A DNA stretch of 64,000 bases from positions 13,952 through 77,951 of the IMG/VR virus record IMGVR_UViG_3300049255_000083, one strand, 5' to 3'. The translations under genes were made by a program, and so were the position numbers. How positions within the stretch are numbered: position 1 is the stretch's first letter; every line of letters starts with the position of its first letter. Below are positions 45,485-54,258 of the stretch, one piece after another. The notes beneath the pieces were generated by a model that worked only from the letters and a program-made list of their open reading frames with translations, searched no databases and had not been told where the DNA came from. The DNA is from a virus.

Positions 45485-47074
45485 TCAGGTGACCGGGAAG
45501 AGAACCGGGCCGCCCTGGCTCCACGAGATCGCGCCGTTGTTGGCGTCGGGCGCCACGGCGCTGTCGTTGAAGAAGGTCACGCTCGAGGACGAGGGGACCG
45601 ACTGGATGATGAACGTGCCGTTGTTGGCCGCCGTCGCCGCACCGGAGATCGTGATCGGGGTACCGACCGCGCTCACCTGCATGTTCGAGAGGCCCGTCAT
45701 CGTCACGACCTGGTGGTTCTTGAGCGAACCGTCCGAGCCGATGTACGACTGCGACGCGACCGACGAGACCGTAGCCGCGGTGCCGTAGTTGCCGTTCGAG
45801 AAGGTCTCGTACTTGAGATCGACCGTCGAGCCGGCGACCCCGAGGGCGACACCCTCGACCGTCGTGAGGAGCGAGGCCGGGATCACGATGCTCGTGGCCG
45901 AGACCGAGCCCTGCGTACCGCCCGTGTTCGTGTGGGCGATGAGACGCTGGGGGAGATTCACGGACGGGACGCTGCTCACGCCCGCGCCCGAGCCAGGCGC
46001 GACCGCCGAAGTCGCCTGACGGACCATCACGACGGTGCCCGCCTGGCCGCCCTGGACCGAGTTGGCGCTGTACTCGGAGTTGCCGAGACCCACGCCCGTG
46101 ATGGTGATGTCGCCCGCGTTCGGGCTGTTGTGGACGGCGGCCGTGATCATCGGCAGCGGGGCCGAGAACGGCGTGTGCCCATCGTCCTGAACGACCTGGA
46201 TGGCTGGACCGCTCGTGATGGCCGGGAGCGCCCGCGGATTCGGGTTCCAGGTCAGCTCGAGGTACTTCGACAGGTTGCCGACCTGGAAGCTCTGGACGGC
46301 CGCCTCGGTCTCCGCGAACTGCGGAGCGATGAGCTGAGCGACGTTCGCGGCAGCCGGGGAGGCCCCGAGGGTCGCGAGGAGGGTTGCCGCCGACACGTCG
46401 ATCGAGCCCGTTGCCGGGGGCGTCACGACCGGGTTGAGCGCAGCGATGATGGTCGTCGCGCTCGGCATCGTGAAGGTCTGGCCCGCCGTCATGTTGATGC
46501 TGGCGAGCAGGGTGCCTCCCGTGACGTCGATGTACGACCCCACGCCGGGAACGGTGGACTGGATGACCACGAGGGTCCCGGTCGCATCCGCGACGGCCGT
46601 TGCGAGGCCGGTCGGAGAAAGAACCGCATTGATGGCCGTGAGGAGGGCCGACATCGTGGCGTAGGACCCGCTCGCGACCGTCACGGTGACGGGCGAGCCG
46701 CCAGATGAGTTCTTGACCGTGAGGGTGTCGTTGGCGCCCGAGATGGTGACGGGGAACGTCACCGCCGCCGAGGACTGGACACCCGCCGGAACGCCGCCGT
46801 AGCCGAACGACCCGAGCGGAATGGGGCTCGTCGTCGGCACGGTGACCGTGAACTCGTTGTTCACTTCATTGCCGTCCTCCCCGACGTAACTCCCCGTGTA
46901 GGAGTCGTCGGAGTACACTCCGGCGAGGAAGTTGGTCAGCGTCGTCGGGTTGGGACGGCTGACGTACCGGGACTGGCCGACCGGCTCCGTCGGCCAGTTC
47001 ATCTGGCTGGTGGGCTCGAGGTCCGCCAGAAAGATCGGGCTGGGGACGTCTCCGCGAATGACTCCGACGCGCAT
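45485..47074 (-). CDS. Multidomain virion decoration/collar protein, 529 aa
   Basis: Shares the 'ALLTAINA' module with the sheath and the 'NNGTF' module with 59267..61273. Confidence 0.7.
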   Translation of the reverse strand: MRVGVIRGDVPSPIFLADLEPTSQMNWPTEPVGQSRYVSRPNPTTLTNFLAGVYSDDSYTGSYVGEDGNEVNNEFTVTVPTTSPIPLGSFGYGGVPAGVQSSAAVTFPVTISGANDTLTVKNSSGGSPVTVTVASGSYATMSALLTAINAVLSPTGLATAVADATGTLVVIQSTVPGVGSYIDVTGGTLLASINMTAGQTFTMPSATTIIAALNPVVTPPATGSIDVSAATLLATLGASPAAANVAQLIAPQFAETEAAVQSFQVGNLSKYLELTWNPNPRALPAITSGPAIQVVQDDGHTPFSAPLPMITAAVHNSPNAGDITITGVGLGNSEYSANSVQGGQAGTVVMVRQATSAVAPGSGAGVSSVPSVNLPQRLIAHTNTGGTQGSVSATSIVIPASLLTTVEGVALGVAGSTVDLKYETFSNGNYGTAATVSSVASQSYIGSDGSLKNHQVVTMTGLSNMQVSAVGTPITISGAATAANNGTFIIQSVPSSSSVTFFNDSAVAPDANNGAISWSQGGPVLFPVT

Positions 47075-47098
47075 GGTACTCAGACTCCTTTCGGTCCT

Positions 47099-47461
47099 TC
47101 ACGCCGGGGAGATTGCGCCCCGAGCTTGATCAGTCTTGAGGAGCCAAAGAACGGCCCCGTACTCCAAGTAGAAACCCGCAGTTGCTTCGAGAAACGAGAG
47201 GTGGTTGGCCCGCCAGGCGTAGTGTGCTTGGCGAAACCAGAGGCGCATCCGAGTGAGCTTCGCGATGTACTTGTCGGCGCGGTTGAGCGTCCGAATCTCG
47301 TCTTCGGCTGCGGCGAGGTGCCGGTAGCGGCGCCCCATGTCGTACAAGAGCTGCTTCTCTTGCTGGACCATGAGCAAGTCGCGCGGGCGCCATCGGTACG
47401 TGACCGATTGGAATTCGCCGCCTTCTTGGCGGATGATCCAGTTGAGGAGCGGGTATTGCAC
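47099..47461 (-). CDS. Hypothetical protein, about 120 aa
   Basis: Fills the gap; start uncertain. Confidence 0.45.
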   Translation of the reverse strand: MQYPLLNWIIRQEGGEFQSVTYRWRPRDLLMVQQEKQLLYDMGRRYRHLAAAEDEIRTLNRADKYIAKLTRMRLWFRQAHYAWRANHLSFLEATAGFYLEYGAVLWLLKTDQARGAISPA

Positions 47462-47462
47462 A

Positions 47463-48113
47463 TCAGGTCATCGGGAACGTGTTGCTGTTCTGCTCGTTCG
47501 CGGTCACGTAGACCGTGTTGCCCGCGACCGGCGCCGTCGTGAACGCCGTCCCCGGGATCGAGATGGCCGTGGACGAGACCGATCCGCCTGCCGCGACGAT
47601 CTGGGCCTGCGTGAGGGTCGCCGGGGCCGGGGCGGTGCCGCCCGTGCCCTGAGCGAACGTCACGCTCGTGATGTCGGGCGCGACGCTCGTGAACGTCGTC
47701 CCGGTGATGCTCATGGTGCTTCCGTGGACCGAGGCGGTGATGACCGGCGCCACGAGCTGGGAAGCCGAGATCCCCGACACGACCGTGAGGAGGGGGAAGG
47801 CCGAGGCCCCGGCCAGGGTCGAAACCGCCGGCGTGCTCGAGAGCTTCGAGATCTTGCCCTTCTTCCACGAGAGCGTGACCCGGTTGGTCTGCGCGAGGGT
47901 CACGTACCCGGCCACCACGCTCCCGTTGGCCGTCGTGTGCGAGTACGGGACGTAGCAAGCCTGCTTGGGCTTGTTCGCATACCCGTCCCGCTCGTAAGCC
48001 TTGGGGTCCCCGAGGCTGCCGAGGCGGTGGACTTCCTTGTTCGGGAGGCCGTCGTCGATGTCGTCGACGACGATGGGGCCGGAGACGGTCTGGTTGTGAA
48101 TGAGCCTCAGCAT
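47463..48113 (-). CDS. Virion structural protein with an IPT/Ig-like C-terminal domain, 216 aa
   Basis: T/S/A/V/G-rich; VTANEQNSNTF. Confidence 0.7.
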   Translation of the reverse strand: MLRLIHNQTVSGPIVVDDIDDGLPNKEVHRLGSLGDPKAYERDGYANKPKQACYVPYSHTTANGSVVAGYVTLAQTNRVTLSWKKGKISKLSSTPAVSTLAGASAFPLLTVVSGISASQLVAPVITASVHGSTMSITGTTFTSVAPDITSVTFAQGTGGTAPAPATLTQAQIVAAGGSVSSTAISIPGTAFTTAPVAGNTVYVTANEQNSNTFPMT

Positions 48114-48159
48114 TGGTGCTCCTCGCAGGCGGGCATGAAAGTCCTCGTCGAAGACGCCC

Positions 48160-48172
48160 CATAAAAGGAAGT
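48160..48172 (-). promoter_or_regulatory. Candidate late-promoter motif ACTTCCTTTTATG
   Basis: Degenerate copy of the recurring motif. Confidence 0.35.
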
Positions 48173-48232
48173 GCTAGGCTCCAGCGGAAAGTGCCGGAAC
48201 CTCGCACCCTTCGGAGCCCGCCCTTTCGGGCC

Positions 48233-48361
48233 TCAGGTCATGTTCGAGTAGGAGTCGCCCCCGGCCAGGTTGTATTGCTCGATGGCTTGGCCACGGAAGA
48301 CGGCGTTCGTGTTCGGGCTGGCCGTGAAGGTGCTGGAGATGGTGCTGTGGTTGGCCTCCAT
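48233..48361 (-). CDS. Small ORF or gene remnant MEANHSTISSTFTASPNTNAVFRGQAIEQYNLAGGDSYSNMT
   Basis: Not in the ORF track; strong GC3 bias; followed by a GCCC-GAAA-GGGC hairpin. Confidence 0.45.
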   Translation of the reverse strand: MEANHSTISSTFTASPNTNAVFRGQAIEQYNLAGGDSYSNMT

Positions 48362-48397
48362 CGCGGCCAGGGCAGAGGGGCGGTAAAACGGAGAAGG

Positions 48398-48754
48398 TCA
48401 CTCACACACGCCGTAGCACTGCGACGGGCAGAACGTTCCTGCGGGCGGAGGGTTGCAACCGGGATGCTTGTAGCAAGTGCCCGTCGAGGGGTTCGTGACG
48501 AACACGCAGCTCTTCCCCGAGGGGCAATCGGAGTTCACCGTCGTGTTGCACGCCACGTAGCATCGGTGGTTGTAGCAAAGGTCGCCGTCCACCGAGGCAT
48601 CTTGCTGGCAGTCCGAGTCCGCGTTGCACCGCGAGGAGCGGACGGACTCCAGTTGATCGAGCTGCTGAGGGATCGGCGGCTCGACGTTGGTCGCGCACGC
48701 GAGTACGAGGGTCCCGAGCACACTGAGGGCGAGAATGGGTTTCGTCATGCCCAT
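48398..48754 (-). CDS. Cys-rich lipoprotein
   Basis: Signal peptide II MTKPILALSVLGTLVLA-C; 12 further Cys, including two SDC motifs. Confidence 0.8.
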   Translation of the reverse strand: MGMTKPILALSVLGTLVLACATNVEPPIPQQLDQLESVRSSRCNADSDCQQDASVDGDLCYNHRCYVACNTTVNSDCPSGKSCVFVTNPSTGTCYKHPGCNPPPAGTFCPSQCYGVCE

Positions 48755-48775
48755 GATCAGCGTATGAGGAGAAGT

Positions 48776-49114
48776 TCAGAGCAGCGTGGAGAAGAACTGG
48801 GGGTCGACGATCGCCTTGTTGATCGTCTCCACCGACGTGTCCTGCCCGAACACCTTGAGCTTGGCTTTGTACGGCGAGTGGGAGTTGTGGGTCTCGACCC
48901 ACTTGACCATGCCCTCCGCCGTGCCGTGCGTGAACACGTGAATGCGGTCGGGTAGCTCGCAGTAGGCGATGGCCACCTCGACACTTGAATGTACGAGTGC
49001 TTCTTCACGAAGAGGCTCTCCGGTGGGTCCGAAGAGCGGCTGATCGTTCACCATCTTCACGAGGTCGTCGTGGAAGTGGAAATGCCCGACTTCCTGCTTG
49101 TAGTAGGTCGCCAT
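48776..49114 (-). CDS. Hypothetical protein, 112 aa
   Basis: Clean ORF with phage-like codon usage. Confidence 0.6.
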   Translation of the reverse strand: MATYYKQEVGHFHFHDDLVKMVNDQPLFGPTGEPLREEALVHSSVEVAIAYCELPDRIHVFTHGTAEGMVKWVETHNSHSPYKAKLKVFGQDTSVETINKAIVDPQFFSTLL

Positions 49115-49123
49115 CGCGTTGCC

Positions 49124-49789
49124 TCAGAACTGGAGGTACTCGAAACCGGCGACGGCCGTCGACGCCGTTGTGCTGTTGGGCCTCTCCACGAGCCATAGAA
49201 GATCCGGTCCAGGGACCCCCATTGGGACCTGGAAGTCGTGATCGAAAGAGCTGCCCGCCAAATGGACGAGGGTCATCCCGATCTGGAGCTGCGGGTTGGT
49301 GGCCACGAGCGGGTTGCCGATGTGGTTCATGTTGGTCTGGCCCGCGACATCGGTTGCCCCACACGTCATGCTGAGGACGTAGCACGTGACGCTGGAAGGA
49401 ACGTAGTGGTGCGCCCAGAAAGTCATGTTGTCGCTCGCCGCGATGGACCCCCAAACCGAGCCCCCCACCCGCGGTTGCCGTCCACATCTGGATTGTGCCT
49501 GCGTTCCCGGCGCCCGTGCCGACCGACGCGACCACCATGTTCTCGAGGAACGCGATAGTGGTGTTCACCGTGTTCACGGCCGTGGTGCCGCTGAGGGTCA
49601 CAGTCTCGGAGGCCAGTAGAATGTTCGTGGCGTCCAGAAAGTTGACCGTCACGGTCCGTGCGCCCGTACCGGCCGAGGCGTCGCTTGCGCTGGTGGAGTT
49701 CACGCTGAGCTGGGCGTTGGCGCCCTGCGGAGTGTACGTCGTCGCTCGAATCGCTTTGCCGTGATGGTGTAACCGTCGAGAGTTCCCAT
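49124..49789 (-). pseudogene. Structural beta-sandwich gene split by one missing and one extra base at G runs (221 aa if repaired)
   Basis: ATG 49789 MGTLDGYTIT, shift at about 49760 to GKAIRATTY...TATAGG, shift at the G6 run 49461-49466 to GSVWGSIAA...FEYLQF; start and stop are in the same frame. Confidence 0.65.
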
Positions 49790-49792
49790 TGC

Positions 49793-52700
49793 TCACCACA
49801 CCTGGTTCCACGGACCTTCGGCCCAGTGGATGCTGAAGGAGTGCGACGCGGAGGCGCTGTTCGCATCGACCCAGAGGACAAGGCCCTGGTTCGGCTGGAG
49901 CACGATGGATGAATCGTCCCCATCCTCGCCGTGGAATAGAAGCTCAACGGGGACGAACGATCCGGCGGCGGTCGTGAGTAGACCGGGAGTACCCACCCAC
50001 AGGTCCGTCTGAAGCGTCGCAGTAGCCGGCGCCAAGTAGATCGCCAAGTTGAGCGCCGCGTCCGAGGACGAGTGGTACGTCTGGCTCTGCGTTGCCGCAG
50101 TCCCAGGGGAGCTGAACGAGCCGCGGGCGATGTGGTACCAGAACTTCGTCGTAACCGCGGCGGCCATCGACGATTGAATGTGGAGCTTCTTGATGTAGCA
50201 GCACACGTTCGACGTGGACGGGTTCAAGAAATACCCGAGATACTGGACCCCCGTGGAGCCGGTGATGTTGGACTTCGCGAACCGGCCTGACGCGAGATAG
50301 CGGCGGCTTGTGTTCGATACCGCGAGTTGCCCTTGGGCATGCACGGTCGCACGCTGCCACTGGTAGTAGGGATCGGAAATCAAACTCGCGGCGTCACGCT
50401 GGAGCCATACGAGCACCTGCGTGAGGTTCATGGCGGGAGCGGAACTGGCCGTCCCGTTGTTGATCCCCTGAAAGATGGGAACCGCCAATTTGATCGCCAA
50501 GCCATAAGCGAGCACCCCGAGGGGGTACTTGAAAACGGGCATCAGCAGGTCGTCGATATACCATTCGACCTGGGTCTGATTGATGCGAATTTCCCACCAG
50601 TGCCCACTGTTGTCGGCCTGCTTGACGAGTAGCTGCTTACACAGCACCCCACCGAAATTGTAGATGCTCGCGTAGATGTTGAGGCCGACGACCTCGAAAA
50701 CGATCCCGGTTCCGGTGCTGCCCAAACCGGCCGAGGTGCTGATCTGACCAGCTCCAATACCGAACGACCACTGCGCGGGGGCCCCCACGTTTGAGAAACT
50801 CATGTAACAGCCGAACGACAACCCACCGTCACGGATCGTTGCGGATAGGGCGTACTGCGGCGACTGCGCAGTGAAACCACCAGCACCGATATTGAGGTTG
50901 CCTTGGAGCTGGAAATAGTCACCCGAGGTCGTGCCAAGCGTGGGCGAGAATGTACCCGACGACAAAGACGACGAGGTGCCTGCGCTCGCAGTGTACGTCC
51001 ACCTCTTGGTGTCAAGGCTCGAGTACGGAGCGCTGGCATTGTACGGGCTGATCTCGAAGTTATCCGAGAACACGCACATGCCGGATTCGGCGAAGTTCCT
51101 CAGCTCCTGGCGCCGGGTGAGCGTCGCACGCATGCCAGGGATGTTGGGGTCCGAGATCTGGAACCCCGAGTGCTGAAGCTCACCCACCTGGCAGTCGGCC
51201 ATGTAGACGTTGGCCGTGACGCTGTTTGCTCCGGGAGTGGTGAAAAGCACAGCCGGAAGCGCGCCATGCGGAAACTGTCCGCCAGGGCCGTAGCCGCCCG
51301 TGAGAAGAGTCTGCGAGAAAACAGGCTTCTCCATGTCGTCGATGTAGAACTCGACCGACTCCGCTCTCCAGACGATGGCGTACTCGTGAAAGTTCGTGTC
51401 CGTGGGCGCATACGTGATGGCGTACTTGTTCGTGCCGATGTCTACGCTGATCACGCCGGCCCGGTTCTCGAATACGAGACCGCCAGTACTGGGTCCGGAG
51501 AATCCCAAGCCGCTAGCTATCGCTAGACCCCAGGCCGAATAGCTGTTCGCCACCACGCCTTGGTGGGCGACCGTCATGTGACAAGCAATGCCGCCGCCGA
51601 TCCCCACGCCGAAACTCTGGCTGCTGTAAATGGCCCCGTAGTTGCCGGACGTCGAAGCCATCGAAAGTTCGACGTAGCCGCCCGCGTTGGGCGTGATCGA
51701 AGCCGAGCCGTGGAGAGCCGTCGTCCACTTGGTGGTGTCGAGCGCCGTGGCGCCCGTCGACATGTAGGCGAAGTCATCCCAGAAAAGGTTGGACTCCTCA
51801 GACTGAACGCGAAGACGCCCACGATCGACGCGGGGTTTGCGCCACGGCTGCACCCCGTCGCTGATGGCCTTGGTATCGCCTCCGATGTCTTGCCATCCGA
51901 GCGACTGCACGTTGAACGTGGGAGCGCTCGATGGGGCGGTCGTGTTGTTGATGACACTGAGCTGCCAAGGGAGGGTCTGCCGGCTCGGAAGCGCGTAGTT
52001 CGAGGAGGCTACCGGAACATCCAGGTTGTCGAGGTACCAGTAAATGGCGTCGGCGCGGTAGGCCACGCCGTAGCGGTGGTAAGCGCCGTCGGTCGGCTTC
52101 GTGAGAGTCGAGGAGAAAGTCTTCGTTCCGCTGGCCCAGACGCAAGCATTGAGGTTTCCGCTCGTGTCGATCTCGAACCCGATGCCATCCGTCAAAGGGG
52201 CCGATGCGGTGGGCGCCGAGGGTACCGTGCCGATCCCCCAGAATCGGTGTGTATTCGATAGGATCGTCGCTTCGAGTTGAAGAGCGGTTCCGAACGCCTG
52301 GAAGACGAGACCACGAGAACCGAAATTGGGAAGCGACGTGAGATAGCCATACGCGCTTGCAGTCGTGCCCGTTGCGATGGCCAGGACGCCGTTGGATTGC
52401 GTTACGGTGCCGCCACCGCTCGTGACCGGAATGTTCCACCGAGTGTTGTCGATGGTCGCGCCATCGAAGGGATCATTGAAAAAGTCACCCTGGTCTACCC
52501 CAGCACGAAGGCTGCCCCACGGGTTGTTGAGGGCGTAGATGCCTGCCGCTGCCCCCGCCGGCGTGGCGAGGGTCGCCGCCACCGATAGCTGCTCGACGGT
52601 CTGACCCGTGATCTTGGAGACGCGGGGGATTTGGATGAGGCTCGATGCGTCGAGCCCAGCGACGACCGCGGCGGCGGGCGGAGCGGCGCCTCCGCTCGTC

Positions 52701-54232
52701 CCCGTGAAGTTTTGCGACGCATCCTGCTGCGTGCTGGCGCGAAGCGTAATCGAGGCGCTTCCCGACGTGTATGCCGACACTCGGACTCGGGCGAGACCCG
52801 AGCCACCGACGGACACCAAGCTGGCGGATGTCGCCGTGTTCGAGGACGCGAAGGTGATGCTCGATACAAAGCCACCTCCTCCGAACAGGGTGTCGAAGTA
52901 CGTCGCGTTCCAGGTGGTACCCCCGTCCAGCGAGATTTCGGGCACGATGGTGCCGATGAGGGTGCCCGCCGCGAGCTGCATGCCGCAACCGGCCGTACCC
53001 GCAAGCGTGATCTGCACGGTCGCGTTGAGGGCGTTGAGGGTGCCCGTGGCCGTGGTGTCACTCGCGCCCGAGCTGCTGACCGCGAGAGGGTGCGACGAGG
53101 TGCCGAGGATGTTCGTACCGTCCGTGATCTCGACCGGCCACCCGCTCGCCAGGGAGTTGGGAGTGCCTTGGTTGGCCGTGACGGTGCCCCCGCCTCCGCC
53201 GGAGCCCGAGGGCGTCGCGTTCTTCTGAACGAACGAGAGGTTGACATTCGTGAAAGACGGGCTCGTGCCGCCGACCGTCCACGAGACCTTCACGGCCGAG
53301 CTGTTGCTCGAGAGGTTGACGGAGCCCGCGTTGATCGCGCTGATGACCGACGAGTTGACCGCCGTGCCCGCCGACGTGGTCTGGTCCACGGGGTCCACGT
53401 CCACGAGCGAGAACTGGATGGTGGGGCTCGTGCCGGTGGGCGAGGACTTGATGTTCCACACGAGATCCACGTCGCGTGCGCCCACGCCCGTGATGACCTG
53501 CGACCCGCTCGCCGTGATGGTCCCGGCGTTCTCGATGGTCGTGACCTGAGGGTCGGAAGCCGTGAGGAGACCGCCCGTGGACTTCACGCTCGCCGTGTTC
53601 GCGCCGTCCGTGAGCTTGTGGAACGCCGCCCTCGCAACGGCATCCATCGTCGGCATCGTGTTCGTGCCGTCCGTGACCTGGACGGGCCACTTGCCCGAGA
53701 GCGCAGCGGCCGTCCCCTGGCCAACCGACCCGATGGCGTTCGTACCAGCCGGGAGCGGCGAGTTGGGCGAGAGAGCAACCGCGAGCGCAGGGTCAGCGGC
53801 CGTAGCAGCCGTGGACGCTGGCTTGACGGCAACGGGTCCGTTGCCCGCGGCGTCGTACATGACGTGCGTGCCCGCGACCTTGTTGACGAGGGTCGCGTAC
53901 ACGCCGTCAAACGACGGGGTGGTCCCGCTCACGGTCCACGTGACCTGAACGCAGCTCGCCTTCATCACCGGGAGCGTGAGGATTTGCGTCCCCGCGACCG
54001 TGATGGCGCCGCCTGTGACGGAGTTGCCGATAGTGGTCGTCTGGTTGCCCGGATCGACCTCCTGCAACGTGAACGTGACGGACGGGCTTGTACCCGAGAC
54101 CGTCCCGCTCACGTTGATGACGAGAACGATCTGGGAAGCGCCGAACCCGGTGAACGTCGCGGACGACCCCGAGGTTGTGACCGTGGCGTTCGAGAGGACG
54201 ACCTCTCTAAAATCGTCGAGGACGACTTCCAT
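49793..54232 (-). CDS. Long fibre/receptor-binding-like protein, 1479 aa
   Basis: Two copies of the shared N-terminal module and three LamG/ConA-like repeats (F.D.F.G..ID..RW). Confidence 0.75.
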   Translation of the reverse strand: MEVVLDDFREVVLSNATVTTSGSSATFTGFGASQIVLVINVSGTVSGTSPSVTFTLQEVDPGNQTTTIGNSVTGGAITVAGTQILTLPVMKASCVQVTWTVSGTTPSFDGVYATLVNKVAGTHVMYDAAGNGPVAVKPASTAATAADPALAVALSPNSPLPAGTNAIGSVGQGTAAALSGKWPVQVTDGTNTMPTMDAVARAAFHKLTDGANTASVKSTGGLLTASDPQVTTIENAGTITASGSQVITGVGARDVDLVWNIKSSPTGTSPTIQFSLVDVDPVDQTTSAGTAVNSSVISAINAGSVNLSSNSSAVKVSWTVGGTSPSFTNVNLSFVQKNATPSGSGGGGGTVTANQGTPNSLASGWPVEITDGTNILGTSSHPLAVSSSGASDTTATGTLNALNATVQITLAGTAGCGMQLAAGTLIGTIVPEISLDGGTTWNATYFDTLFGGGGFVSSITFASSNTATSASLVSVGGSGLARVRVSAYTSGSASITLRASTQQDASQNFTGTSGGAAPPAAAVVAGLDASSLIQIPRVSKITGQTVEQLSVAATLATPAGAAAGIYALNNPWGSLRAGVDQGDFFNDPFDGATIDNTRWNIPVTSGGGTVTQSNGVLAIATGTTASAYGYLTSLPNFGSRGLVFQAFGTALQLEATILSNTHRFWGIGTVPSAPTASAPLTDGIGFEIDTSGNLNACVWASGTKTFSSTLTKPTDGAYHRYGVAYRADAIYWYLDNLDVPVASSNYALPSRQTLPWQLSVINNTTAPSSAPTFNVQSLGWQDIGGDTKAISDGVQPWRKPRVDRGRLRVQSEESNLFWDDFAYMSTGATALDTTKWTTALHGSASITPNAGGYVELSMASTSGNYGAIYSSQSFGVGIGGGIACHMTVAHQGVVANSYSAWGLAIASGLGFSGPSTGGLVFENRAGVISVDIGTNKYAITYAPTDTNFHEYAIVWRAESVEFYIDDMEKPVFSQTLLTGGYGPGGQFPHGALPAVLFTTPGANSVTANVYMADCQVGELQHSGFQISDPNIPGMRATLTRRQELRNFAESGMCVFSDNFEISPYNASAPYSSLDTKRWTYTASAGTSSSLSSGTFSPTLGTTSGDYFQLQGNLNIGAGGFTAQSPQYALSATIRDGGLSFGCYMSFSNVGAPAQWSFGIGAGQISTSAGLGSTGTGIVFEVVGLNIYASIYNFGGVLCKQLLVKQADNSGHWWEIRINQTQVEWYIDDLLMPVFKYPLGVLAYGLAIKLAVPIFQGINNGTASSAPAMNLTQVLVWLQRDAASLISDPYYQWQRATVHAQGQLAVSNTSRRYLASGRFAKSNITGSTGVQYLGYFLNPSTSNVCCYIKKLHIQSSMAAAVTTKFWYHIARGSFSSPGTAATQSQTYHSSSDAALNLAIYLAPATATLQTDLWVGTPGLLTTAAGSFVPVELLFHGEDGDDSSIVLQPNQGLVLWVDANSASASHSFSIHWAEGPWNQVW

Positions 54233-54258
54233 CCTTCACAGGAGGACGTATCAGTGCA

